NCBI GenBank assembly: GCA_032718475.1
Contig: JAUCBJ010001214.1
Span: 1 to 64,000 of the forward strand
Origin: Nemertoderma westbladi
Lineage: Eukaryota > Animalia > Xenacoelomorpha
Length of the DNA stretch: 64,000 bases
Direction: 5' to 3'
In this document: positions 24,976 to 37,019 of the stretch, piece by piece
Layout: each line of letters begins with the position of its first letter
How positions within the stretch are numbered: position 1 is the first letter of the stretch
Notes under the pieces: model-generated
The model's database searches: none
What the model saw: the letters and a program-made list of their open reading frames with translations, nothing else
Told to the model about the DNA's origin: nothing
Made by a program: the position numbers and the translations under genes

Positions 24976-26564
24976 GGTAATAGTTCCGTATAGAACTGCA
25001 TTTTATAACCCATGGCAAAAGTGAAGAGTTCTAGAACAAAAAATATATAATATACACTATTCTAGAACAAAAATAAAATAAAAAAATTATTGTTCTAGAA
25101 CATATAGCTAGTAATTTTATAAATTTAAAATAGCTAGTAATAATAAAAAATTTATTTATTTATATTATTATTAAAAAATTTATCTACCGGTACCAAATTT
25201 ACTAGCTATTTTAAAATTTAAAACACTAGCTATATGTTTTAGAACATTATTATTTTTTATTTTATTTATTTAATATTGTATGTATTATACACTATTCTAG
25301 AAGCATAAATAATGTAATGTTATAGGGTAGAACATAGGCCTATAGCTAGTTATTTTTCAAATTTAAAATAGCTAGTAATACAAAAAAATTAATTAATTTA
25401 TATCTAGAAATTCTCAAAAATTATATTTGAATTTACAGACAAGATAAACAATCATATTAACCTAAAGTACTGTAATGACATTACAACTGTTTATTTTCCT
25501 CTCATCAACTTCTTCCATCCAGCTGCAACATCGAATTGATTAGATATCGACTTTCCCACTCCTTTCTTCCCACACCCCTTCGATCTTCCTCTCTTTCCTT
25601 TCTTCTTCCCCTTTCCTCCACGACTCCTTGATCTACTCCCTTTACCTCGATGACTCTTTGATCTACTCCCTTTACCTCGGCGAGAATAACTCTATTCCAC
25701 AGCGCTGATTGAACCCCGAACACAAAGGGCATTCCCCCTCACTATGGCTATCCCGATGCGTTGCTTCAGCCACAAGCTCTCGCGTGGGTCTCCTGACTCC
25801 GCTATGAGTCTTCGGCTAAGATCTTTTAACACGCTGATGGTGGATGGACCGAATACTCCTGTGGTCTCGAAGGCCAGGGGTTCGAATTGGTACTGCTGAC
25901 CCAAATTGCGGTATTTCACACGCTTTAGCTCCTCCGCTGCTGCTGATGCTGAGGATGGCTCAATGGCAGAGCGAATAATGTGGGATGGGGCAAATGTATC
26001 CACACATGTAGCATCCCATACCAGGCACTGGCCTTTCGAGTAGGGGTAGATGGTCATACCATCAGGACGTTTCCCATCTCCCCTATCCAACCCAGTAGGT
26101 TCCAGGACAGATGGTAGACCAGCTCTGCTCAGTGAACGTTTCAGCATATCGTTGAGAGCTGCATGACGTGGGAACCTACCCATGCTGTTTCGGCAGGACA
26201 GTGCATGGTGCCCAAGAATATCCACTTCCTTGCCACACTTGCAGGTGTGTTTATGGCAGATAGGTGCACCAACTCTCTGTGCTATACCAATTCGAAGAGC
26301 TTCCGATTAATCCGAGCTTTCAATTAATTTATATTATTTATTTATTAGAAAATTTATCTACCAAATTGGATATTTTTTAAATTTACTAGCTATTTTAAAA
26401 TTAAAAAAAACTAGCTATATGTTTTAGAACATTATATTTTTTATTTTATTTATGTTCTAGAATATTATATAATACTTTTCTATTGTTCTAGAACTCTTCA
26501 ATGTTGCCATAGTAACAATGACATATGTTTTAAAAATGCAGTTCTTCTATACGGAACTCTTGCC
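24976..26564. mobile_element. Non-autonomous TIR element (Merlin-like MITE)
   Basis: Imperfect long TIRs GGTAATAGTTCCGTATAGAACTGCATTTT / AAAATGCAGTTCTTCTATACGGAACTCTTGCC and an 8-bp TSD caatagag (24968-24975, 26565-26572). Confidence 0.75.
25440..26303 (-). mobile_element. 3' fragment of a CRE-like non-LTR element (CCHC plus restriction-like endonuclease)
   Basis: CKCGKEVDILGHHALSC...RHAALND...KRPDG...LVWDATC...KRVKY...PLAFETTG (ORF 25692-26225). Ends approximate. Confidence 0.85.
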
Positions 26565-26753
26565 CAATAGAGACCCACAAACTACAGTTACAGTCCAAGT
26601 ACCGCCTAAAAGCTAAAGATACAAATACAATGCCTATTGTGTGTTACCGTTGTAATAGGAATGGACATAAAATTACCACATGCAAATTACCAGATACACT
26701 AAAATGTCATTCCTGTGGTGCTTCAGGGCATATACAAGCCGCTTGCATGAAAG

Positions 26754-28009
26754 AATGGAAATCAGAATGGGTTCCGTAAAGGTCGTGGGACCATGGAGCC
26801 CATTTTGGCACTTAGAAGGATAATTGAAGAGTTATCAAAAAAGAAAGACAGGCATCTGGCTGTTATCTTTGTTGACTTCTTCAAGGCCTTTGATTCAGTC
26901 TCTCGCTCACGTATGTTCAGCATACTTTCATTATATGGGATTCCAGATGAAATTATTGCAGCAATAAGATCAGTATACGATGGTTCGACAACATTTGTGT
27001 CTACTGTTGATGGTGACACAGAACCATTTGAAGTGTTATGGGGCTTCCTCCAGGGAGACACACTTGCACCATTCTTGTTCATAATTGTTGTTGACTATGA
27101 TCATAATGATGATGGGGTGATGATAACTCCACCTACTGGCTCCAGAAGTCGAGGAAATCCTGCCAAGTACCTAACTGATCTAGACTTTGCTGATGACGTA
27201 GGAGTACTCTCAGAAATCACTAGAGGGAGCCCAACGGCTCCTCAGCTCATTAGTACATGCTATGCTGCTTCTAGTGTTGGTCTTTTTATTAACTCCAGAA
27301 AGACCAAAATTTTGACAGTTAACGTTGAAAGTCCTCAGCAAGTCTCTGATCGGATAAGCATAAGCTCAAAAGATGGTATGCTTGAGCATGTGGATGACTT
27401 CTGTTACCTGGGATCATGGATCCGGAAGTCAGGTGAGGACCTTCGAATACGTAAGGGAAAGGCAGGGGCAGCCTTGAATAGGCTTTCCAGGATTTGGAAG
27501 TCACCGAGAATTAATCGGAAACTTAAGGTCCGATTATTTAGAGCAGCAGTAGTTCCAGTACTCCTCTATGGGAGTCCATGCTGGGCTCTAACTGCTGAGG
27601 ACACCAAATCTCTGGATGGCACATTCACAAGAATGGTACGCCGGGTTCATTGTGTCAAGTACAATGCACACATCTCCAACCAGACACTATATAACATTGG
27701 AGGTGTCTCATTGGTTCCCCCAAGCTTGACACTAGAACAAAATCGCCTCCGCTTTGCAGGACATTGCTTTCGCCGTGAGGACCAGCCAGTGCCTAATCTT
27801 GTACTTTGGCAGCCTCATGGAGTAAATAAGCATGGTGGACAGCCCATGACTTTCTTGAGATGCATCTTAAAGGACACTGGCCTTGAAGATGCGGATGATC
27901 TAGCAAATGTCATGGGTGATAGGGAGTTGTGGCGGTGCCATTTTGTCGATAAGCCGGCACAGCATTCTTAAAAATGCAGCTGCAATGCAGCATGCCGATC
28001 CTAGTAGTA
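26754..28009 (+). mobile_element. 5'-truncated RTE LINE (RT domain to 3' end)
   Basis: FVDFFKAFDSV, QGDTLAPFLF, DLDFADD, RLRFAGHC. (TAG)n tail. 9-bp TSD gcatgaaag (26745-26753, 28010-28018). Confidence 0.93.
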
Positions 28010-28630
28010 GCATGAAAGCAAACAAAAAAACCCAAATAACATAGGACATTCGCGTCACAATAAATCGCGTACTACAAACCCACATAAATCTGGAACTACA
28101 AGCCAGAAAATGACAAAATTACAGGTTACAGAGGACAGCGATGTTGATGAGGAAGAGTATGATGTAGATTTAATACATTACATGAATCTGGTAACCTTCA
28201 ATTACAGTAAACCCAATAAATTTGCTGGAAAAAGTTACTCCATGACTTGCATACCAGAAATAAATGGTAAGATTGTTAAATGCGAACTAGATTCAGGAGC
28301 TAGACACTCAGTAATATCTTTTAAGCAATTCCAGGAACTATTCCCACGTGAAAGCTTAGAAGAAACAGATACAATATTAAAAGGATTTTGTGATGGAATA
28401 CAAAATGTAAAGGGTATTAATTAGTAAAGTAACAGTTAATATACACAAATTAGGCATCACTGAACATAGTTTGCCTTAGCTCATAATTGACAAAGCATGA
28501 CAAGGTTTTCCACTTTTCGGAAAATATTGGATAGACAGGCTAAACTGTGGAGTTGATTGCCTCCGTGACAATTGTACAGGTACAAGTGATAAAAAATCGA
28601 TAATGGCTAAATAAAAAATGGCAGCTGGCT

Positions 28631-28789
28631 TTGAAATTAATACTCCATATCTCAAGAACCTGTGGCCTAGTGGTTGTAGCCTCGGCTTCTACCTCGAGGT
28701 CCCAGGTTCAAATCCGACACCACGCTGATGAGACCCAGTAAGGTCGAAACGCGTACGTGGTTTGGAGAGATATGAGATATTAATTTCAA
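28631..28789 (+). mobile_element. tRNA(Arg-like)-derived SINE carrying a hammerhead ribozyme, with inverted flanks
   Basis: A box TGGCCTAGTGG (28663-28673), anticodon-like loop cttctac, B box GGTTCAAATCC (28705-28715), then a hammerhead core. The ~23-bp flanks are inverted repeats. Confidence 0.8.
28719..28761 (+). ncRNA. Minimal type I hammerhead ribozyme
   Basis: Stem I ACCACG/CGTGGT, core CTGATGA, stem II GACC-cagtaa-GGTC, GAAAC, very short stem III, GTA cleavage triplet (cut after 28755). Confidence 0.85.
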
Positions 28790-29538
28790 GAAAATTACGC
28801 GATTCCTAAATTTGTACACTACCCGGTTAAAAAGTACGCATGTGATGGGATTAGTCCTACAATTGCGCCAATAAAAGATAAGTTATTTTCGGTAAAATAA
28901 ACTTTATCATTCGAGGTTAAGACCCCTAGATCCCTTCCTATAATAAAAAATCGATGGTACACATTGGAAACAATGTACAATTCAGTGATACAGTGAATAA
29001 CTTGTAATTAGAATTCAAGGATGTCTTTATGGGGCTTGGGAAATTCAAGGGACAGCCTGCAACATTGGCATTGTCAGATGAAGCCAAACCATGATTCCTA
29101 AGTTGCCGTCAAATAGCATTTGGGTACAAAGACGAAGTCATTCAGATTCTGGAAAACTACCTGAAGCGTGGTATTCTACGCAAACCCGAACCCAATGAAG
29201 AAATAAAATGGGCAACCCCATTGGTTGTTTCATTGCGAAACAATAAAATTCATGTGTGTTGTGATTACAAGTCCACAATAAATCAATTTATCATTGAAGA
29301 TACTTACTTTCCAGTTCTCAACCTTGGATGAAATCACAAACAAAATTTCTAGAGGACAGGAATTTACTATCCTTGACTTGAAGGAAGCATACTATCAGTT
29401 CCCATTAGTTAAAGAAGCTGAGCTAATTACTACGCTAAACACGCCATTAGGACTACTAATTCCGTCTAGAGTTCCGTATGGAGTAAAACGTTCAGGAACT
29501 AAATGTTTCAGGGGAATATACGAAGCCTTGCATAACAC

Positions 29539-29578
29539 ATGCAGCTGCAATGCAGCATGTCCATCCTAGTAGTAGTAG
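29539..29578 (+). mobile_element. 40-bp extreme 3' end of the same RTE family
   Basis: atgcagctgcaatgcagcatg...cctagtagtagtag, flanked by the 10-bp TSD tgcataacac (29529-29538, 29579-29588). Confidence 0.85.
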
Positions 29579-30816
29579 TGCATAACACTAAAAGCGCCAA
29601 ATACATGGATGAATGTGTTATTACTGGGAAGAATAAAGCAGAACATATTGAAAACATCAAGTCCGTTTTATCTGCCCTTCGTCACTTTGGGTTGACGTAT
29701 GGATAAATGTAAGTTTTTTCAAAATACAGTCGAGTTCTAATTTCTCTAATTTCTAAAAATGGTATTCGCCCAGACCCCAAAAAGATAGATACAATTGCCA
29801 CCGGAGAACGTCAAAGAACTCCAATCAGTACTTGGATTATTCAACTACTTGCATAAATGTGTCCCATCATTTGCTGAGATAGCACAACCAATGTACAGTT
29901 TACAATGGAACGATACAACAAACCAAGCATTCAACAGAATCAAAGCTGAAATAGCAAAGTCAACACTACTAACATTTTTTGATACGAAAACTTGGATACG
30001 ATATTCACTGACGCATCACCGACTGCCATGTCTGCTGTACTTGTACTACTCCAAAAACAAGATAACAACTGTTAGACCCCAGTGTTTTTCACATCTGCAT
30101 CTCTAAATAAATTTCAGCGTTAATTACTCTCAATTCGACCGGGAAGCCCTCGGAATCATATTTGCTGTTCGGAAATTCAGATCTTATATTCTTAGAAGAC
30201 ATTTTATTTTAATAACTGACAACTTACCATTGAAACATATCCTGGCACCTGCGAAATTACCAACAATGGCATTATCCAGACTACAGCACTGGTCTGTTGA
30301 AATGTCAAATTACAATTTCACACCAAAATTAATATCTAATCTAATATCTAATCTTTCTAAGCCAAAAGAAGAGATAGATGGTACGGTTGATATTAAGATT
30401 ACAGACATACATATGCAACAAGCTACAGCGGAATTGTTTGAGTTCAACCGCATAGGCATCACAGATGCTACTGAGAAGGATGTTATTCTTCAAGTTCTCG
30501 AACTAGCATCAGGAAAAACCCCTAACTCACCTGAGCTACGTCCTTATAAACACATCCGGAATTAACGGTCTACACCAACTAAATCGGTCATTGCGGTTCT
30601 AATGAGCATAATATCAATGCGGTAGGAATACTAGAAGTTGATCATCACAAAAATGGCGAATATGACTCACTTGCTGCATGGGCGGGAACTGGACGTGGAC
30701 ATGTGAAAGAATTTAATACTAACATTTTCAGTTGGGTTCCACGACAATTCAGTAGCAAATTGTGCAAGAAATTGGAATATGTATACCTTTTTACCTAACA
30801 ATGACAAGGGTAGCAC

Positions 30817-31051
30817 GAACTCAGTTCCAATCGTACATTTTCAAAGGCGAACTTAGTTCCAATTGAAACGAATTTAGATCCAAAATAAATTTTACAAAGC
30901 GAACTTAGTTCCAATCGAGGCGAACTTAGTTCCAATCCCAGAATATCAAAACGAACTTAGTTCCAATGGATGCGAATTTAGTTCCAATGGATGCGAATTT
31001 AGTTCCAATGGAAGCGAATTTAGTTCCAATGGGTACGAACTTAGTTCCAAT
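30817..31051. repeat. Minisatellite, ~21-bp unit with core CGAA(C/T)TTAGTTCCAAT
   Basis: About ten visible copies, some separated by short spacers. Confidence 0.85.
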
Positions 31052-31583
31052 GTTTCAATCGTGGGGATAGCCATGTAATAGGCGAAGCCTATTGCGTATT
31101 GCCACTATTTGGGTCAGGGTCAACAATAATTGTAAATATATATTAATCACGAGTAAACTGATACTGACTGACTGAGTCTGTAGTATTATACTCAAGTCAT
31201 GCATGCACATTGTGCCATTTTCACACCAATTACAATATTTACCCGTTGTTTCAGTTTAGGTGGATGGGCTTTGTTTGGGTTAGGAAGTTGGGACGGTACC
31301 GGTAATGACGCAGGACCTAATGTCGCAGCGCAGGCTGACCTAACGTCCAAAGGACCTATTGCTATAACTGTAGTCATCGTGGAACCGCTTTATAACCTAC
31401 TGTATTATTATCAGATGTGTATCGGTGACTCTTCCCAACAGACCGTTAAGCTGTTAAGTGCTGAAGTGGCACGCCTACCGATACTTCGACAGTGGCCAGT
31501 CATTCAGTAGTACACTAGTACAGTAGTAGGCAGGCCATTACTGAGTTCTTGAGTTTATCAAATGTGGGCCAAAACCCGGAAAT

Positions 31584-32258
31584 ATGTTTAATATTCCGGG
31601 CGACGAAGACACCGACAATATAAGTTGGGACGACGAGAGTACACGGAGTATCCCAGGAGTTGGCAGCGATTCGACGACGGAGACAGGGAGCGACACAGAC
31701 GAGGCTCGAACCGAGGAAAGCTCCGTGAGTTCTGTTCGTCTCCACAAACTCCACGAAGAGAAGATGGAAGCGCTCAAGAAGAAACTCGCGGACATCGAGG
31801 AAGGAACACATCGGGAGTTCGCGAGGAAAGTCCGTCGGCTGGAACGGCAGCATCGCGAGCGGGTTCTCGTCGTGGAGGCTTTCCGAGACTACCAGCTAGC
31901 GGCGATAGAGTCGGGGTACCGTTGGGATGAGCGTGCGGCCCGCGTCGAATACGAGGAATCGAGAAGTCGTCTCCGGGACAACATGTTGGGGGAACTTGAG
32001 GACAAACGGAGGGCCATAGAGACGGAGCGAGTTACCATGGAGCTGAGCGGGGACTCGATGGAAGTTAAACCCGCGGTGACGAGGAAACTCCGTCGACGAG
32101 TGAACGACGGCCCCTCGGCCCAGTCGATCGGCTCCTCTGATAAACTCCGACGGAAACAGACCCCGAACCTGATAAACTATCAGCTCCCGGACGATGATAT
32201 TGGCGAGGATCTCCGCTGTATCGGAAGGACAAAGAAACCCGTCGCCGGGAAATCCTGA
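31584..32258 (+). CDS. SUDS3: Sin3-HDAC complex component SDS3 (Sds3/BRMS1 family), intronless and short
   Basis: Acidic N-terminus, coiled coil EEGTHREF...LEDKRRAIE, and MELSGDSMEVKPAVTRKLRRR matching the SDS3 signature. AATAAA at ~32348. Confidence 0.8.
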   Translation: MFNIPGDEDTDNISWDDESTRSIPGVGSDSTTETGSDTDEARTEESSVSSVRLHKLHEEKMEALKKKLADIEEGTHREFARKVRRLERQHRERVLVVEAFRDYQLAAIESGYRWDERAARVEYEESRSRLRDNMLGELEDKRRAIETERVTMELSGDSMEVKPAVTRKLRRRVNDGPSAQSIGSSDKLRRKQTPNLINYQLPDDDIGEDLRCIGRTKKPVAGKS

Positions 32259-32683
32259 GATCCCGTAACTCTAGCCCGACGGATTACGATGTTTTTCTAC
32301 TGTAGTTTTATAATTTATCTTTCACTTTTATTTATTATTTTATTAAGAATAAAAAATATCAACTTCCTCCAATTTTAATGTTTTACACATCTCGAGAGGT
32401 AAAACAAACGTGTTGCAGATATAACATTTAGAGCATTCCAATCCGATACGATATACGAATACACAATGATAATAATAGTAGCATGTTAAACATTATTATC
32501 AGTTACTATTCAGTCTATTTATTTCTATCTATTATTTCTATTTCTATTTTACATTTAAGTTTCAGTTTCAAACAACATGAATATTCCGTATCTTCTCGAA
32601 CTAGAACCAGACCATTGGCGCTGATAATCGAGTCGCATTTACACTACTCTGAGGTAATTGATTAACCGCATTATGGATTGGCT

Positions 32684-32990
32684 GTTCGATATGGGGATTT
32701 GTGTACCGGAGTTCCGTTCCGGTTCGATATGGGGATTTGTGTACCGGAGTTCCGTTCCGGTTCGATATGGGGATTTGTGTACCGGAGTTCCGTTCCGGTT
32801 CGATATGGGGATTTGTGTACCGGAGTTCCGTTCCGGTTCGATATGGGGATTTGTGTACCGGAGTTCCGTTCCGGTTCGATATGGGGATTTGTGTACCGGA
32901 GTTCCGTTCCGGTTCGATATGGGGATTTGTGTACCGGAGTTCCGTTCCGGTTCGATATGGGGATTTGTGTACCGGAGTTCCGTTCCGGTT
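32684..32990. repeat. 38-bp tandem repeat, 8 essentially identical copies
   Basis: Unit GTTCGATATGGGGATTTGTGTACCGGAGTTCCGTTCCG. Confidence 0.97.
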
Positions 32991-33427
32991 TCGGTTTTTT
33001 ATTCATGAAATATTCCTATACACATTATATATATATAAAACATCCCAAAACGTTTAACTAATAAACCACAATATCATATACCAAGAAAAGCCACTAGAGG
33101 ACGACTCATAATGTTGGAATGTTTTTTGAAAACATTCGATTCAAATAAAAGGCTACAGAGAGTTTAACTTCCAATTGAAAAGTTGACTAAAACAAATTGC
33201 TTTACTGGTGGTGCGTCTAAAAGTCTAGTGAGTTTACATTTAAACACTTATAGATTGATAATTATAATAATAGGGTTGGTGTGCGAAAAAATTGTTGGGC
33301 TAGAAACAATTGAATAAGGGGTAACAAGGTGCCCTGAATCGAGTGGCGGGGTGTGTTTTATAAAAACACGTGGAAACTGTCTAAATGGCGGGTTTAAGTA
33401 AGCGCGGGAAGCCAATTTTTAAAATCG

Positions 33428-34356
33428 GCTGTAATTGGCTGTTACATATTTGACGTCATGAAGCAGTGCTCTGATAATTTCTTATAGGGTAGTAGGTGTA
33501 AAACGCGGATCCGGATCTGGATTCCAAAATTATCAATTAAGGGAAATGAGCAGGTTACAGTGGCACGTTATTTTAACCAAAACAATAAACTAAAGTCAAT
33601 AGAACAGGTTATAGTTTTATTTTTGGGAGTTATAAAAATGTAAAAAAAATCGACTTCCGTAGGGACAATGTTAAATATAGAATCCGGATCCGCGTTTTAC
33701 TCTGACCCTTTCTTACATTGGTTTCTATGGTGGGTGATTTTAGATCCATTGAAATACACATTTAATCTCAATCATTTCACACGTAGCTTATATCAATTGA
33801 AAGCGGAGAGTCTTGAGCGTCTTTTGAAACTACAATCACTTAAATTCATGATCATGAACATTGATAAAATACTGTTTGCAATTTTGCAAACTTGGTAGGT
33901 TGCCGTACCGCGTATGCAAGCACTCACCAACTCAGCCCTATCCACCTATTGCATTGCAGTATCAGTATCGGAGTAGGCCTATTGCTGTATTGTTGTTTAA
34001 GTTCATTAAGTTGAGTAAACCTACCGCTGTTCCACTCTTACGCTAGCGGTGACCGGTACACATTTCAACTTAATGAACTTAAAGCTGCAATACTCCAATA
34101 CTGCAATGCAATAGGTGGATAGGGCTGAGTGGTTCAGTACTACTTGCATGTCAGGCAATCTGCGAGTTTATGAATTTAATTAATTGTAATGTTAAAAGAC
34201 TCTCCGCTATCAATTAATATAAGCCACGTGTTAAATTATTGAGATTTAATGTGTATTTGAATGGATCTAATTCACCCTCATAGAAACCTATATAAGAAAT
34301 AATCAGAGCACTGCGTAGAGCGTAGAGACGTCAAATATGTAGCAGCCAATCGCAGC
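33428..34356. mobile_element. Degenerate foldback (palindromic) non-autonomous element
   Basis: The left arm (e.g. ttggctgttacatatttgacgtc, tagatccattgaaatacacatttaatctcaat) is the imperfect reverse complement of the right arm. Centre ~34045. Confidence 0.8.
33487..33708. mobile_element. MULE-like MITE nested in the foldback element
   Basis: TIR core GTAAAACGCGGATCCGGAT / ATCCGGATCCGCGTTTTAC, GGG...CCC ends, 9-bp TSD tttcttata / tttcttaca. Confidence 0.75.
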
Positions 34357-35585
34357 ACAATTCTGCCCTCCAAAGGCAAAGGCACGTAACTCCAAATTTT
34401 GCAGTTTTGAGTTAAATAGTGCAAAATGAAGCCAATACTTCTAAGCAATTATCTGATAAATCATTGACACCCCTTGGTGGTTGTTTGACATTTTTATTTG
34501 AAGTTTACCTAACTCGATTATTGCTAAATTTGGTGTTATACAAAGTCAAAAGCGCCTAAATCAAATTACAAAGTCAAAAGAACGTAATTGTAATATTATA
34601 GTAGTGTTCGAAAAATCCTCCGAATACAAATACAATAGAACACGTTCGTGGGGCCTTCGCGCAGCACGAGGTCCAGTTATGAGATACAAATTAAAATTAA
34701 GCGACTGTATCACAAAATCAGGTTTTGAGAAATTTACCCACACCACCAATCAATCAAAGAAAGGGGGACAGTACGTGTTCACCCCTTTTAATCCCCCCCC
34801 CCCCCCCCCCCCACCCTTCTCAACCACCAATACATAACCGTGACATCTACCACCCACGGAAGGGTAGAACGAACTTATTTCCAATCGCACGTTAAATATG
34901 CAAAGCCAGGTGGTGTATATGAATATAATCAACGCCGTACTCGTCTTAATTATTATAAGCGTCGTTCAATCGTTGCGCTCGTCCAGAGTAAGTCCCCCCC
35001 CCCCCCCCCCCCTATCAGAAAGATTTACTCAACAAAAAATAGTGTAAATAAATAAACAACTACAAGGATAAGAGGTCATGTGTAGGAAAGCTAATCAGAC
35101 GATACCTTTACTAATATATTGAGCTGCATTGATCTATACATAGTAATGTTGGGTGATGGGGGGGGGGGGGGTGAGGGGTAGGGGGTGTCTGGGTGGGTTG
35201 TTAGTATTAGGGTGCACAATATCGACGCACGCGCAGGAATGTGTTGATGTTTAATAGCACCGCATTCCCGCGTTAGAAAGCATCCCCAATTGGAATAAAT
35301 AAATAAATTAAACGCGTTTCGTTGTGTTCCTCGACTTATATTATTCTCTCCACGGACGAGTTATTAGCTGCTAGACAGGTAGACCTAGTCCCCCACAACA
35401 ACGGTCATACCTTCAATCAATCAATCAATTGAGCTCATATTAGCTCGTATATTAGTTTTATTTATAAATTGAAATCTCACGAATTAATAGGCCTATTAGC
35501 TGATTAGTGAACTATCATATGTTAGACCATATATATATATTATATATTGGACCTTATCAAAATAGCGGTTGTACTGGGGCGGTAT

Positions 35586-35886
35586 CGACTTATCGGGAAT
35601 GACATGAACTTAGCGTCCGGAATATTCTGATCAGATTAAATCTACTTGGCGCTGTAATACTGCATCCCGTTGTACCAGAAGTTATTAAAACATACCGGCC
35701 CCTCAAATGCGCTTGCAGTGGGTTAGAGAACAACTATGTTGTTCTCTAACCCACTGCAAGCGCATTTGAGGGGCCGGTATGTTTTAATAACTTCTGGTAC
35801 AACGGGATGCAGTATTACAGCGCCAAGTAGATTTAATCTGATCAGAATATTCCGGACGCTAAGTTCATGTCATTCCCGATAAGTCG
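35586..35886. repeat. Perfect 301-bp palindrome (149-bp arms, 3-nt loop)
   Basis: The arms read as exact reverse complements around ...gaacaac TAT gttgttc... centred at 35736. Confidence 0.95.
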
Positions 35887-37019
35887 GGACTTTACAAAAC
35901 TCGTGGATAAAACCGCGTGTAGCAGAGAGCAGATAAATTGGGTTAAATTGCAAAACAGAATAATATGGAACTGTAAGTGGAACTGCGGAGATTTGGGTTT
36001 TTTTGTTATGGTGAATAGTCAGCCTGTCCGCGATATGTTCAGCTGCCCTTTTTAATGGGTTGCAGGTACAAATGAAATACACATTGCAGTTACTAAAATA
36101 AAAGTGGCGCATATTATTGTACATTTACAACAACAATTATATAAATGCAATATGCCTGATCCCTATTAATGTACTTTGTACCGCCAATTCTGTAATTCAA
36201 TAACGCAAAGCCGCGTTTACTGTACAGCAGCACGTAATATATTTGATACTTATTATACTAACTAAACTAACAAACCGCAAGGCCTACTTACCGAAATAAA
36301 TTAACTTTCAGTTAAATACAATATACTTGTTTGCTCTGTAAAAATTTTAATTAAAAACAATCCTGCCATTTAATATACCTAATTAGCATGGTTGCGTAAG
36401 CAGTATGAATTGGAATGAAATTGTGAAATAATTTATTTAAACTATTATGTACATTTAGATTAAATAATAATACAGTAAGTTGGCCTACAGAAATAAACAT
36501 TGATATTCGGAACAGTAAAACAATTATTTATTTCATTCATTCAACTAACCAGAGAGACTCATAGCTCCAGTGAATATTAACATCCCGACGTTACTTTAGT
36601 AATAATATTAATGTCATTGAACCCGATACACACACACCTCCAATCAGCCAGTTCAATGGAGAGTGAGTGAATGGATGGCTACTAGCAGCAGCAGCAGTCT
36701 GCCTCTTACAAGCAAGGCTGACTGAATACCTCAAGTGTTGCTGGGAATCAAGCCAACTTGGATGTTAACCAATAAATGAGCAGTATTTAATGAGAATACA
36801 TTTTTTATGCCGGTTTAATTACTTTAGATCAATTAAAGACACGATTATTAAAGCAAATCACTTGAACTAATTAAAAACTATAATAGAATGGAGTATGCGG
36901 ATTACATCTGTATATTTTTTAAGTATAATTATTGAAGTCTTATACTGTAAAACAATTAATTTCCTTTAAAAGGCAGGTTGAAAATGGTGTTTTTACCGTA
37001 ATCAACTTAATTAACTAAT

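Larger units (their letters stand above)
24092..30565 (+). mobile_element. Degraded Ty3/Gypsy LTR retrotransposon (gag, protease, RT, RNase H) with nested insertions; ends approximate
   Basis: Gag with CCHC knuckles CYRCNRNGHKITTC and CHSCGASGHIQAAC (~26643-26746). Protease CELDSGA (~28281). RT LDLKEAYYQ...PYGV and KYMDE. RNase H YSQFDREALGIIFAVRKF. Many stops and frameshifts; no integrase seen. Confidence 0.85.

Noticed and set aside
28656-28725. Functional tRNA-Arg gene
   Set aside because: The acceptor stem does not pair, and the 3' end runs into a hammerhead; better explained as a SINE head.
32684-32990. CRISPR-like appearance of the 38-bp (also 21-bp and 42-bp) arrays
   Set aside because: Head-to-tail repeats without unique spacers, no cas genes, eukaryotic context.
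34790-35200. Poly-C/poly-G tracts and the Pro-rich ORFs over them
   Set aside because: Simple homopolymers with unreliable length; G4 potential only, no supporting context.
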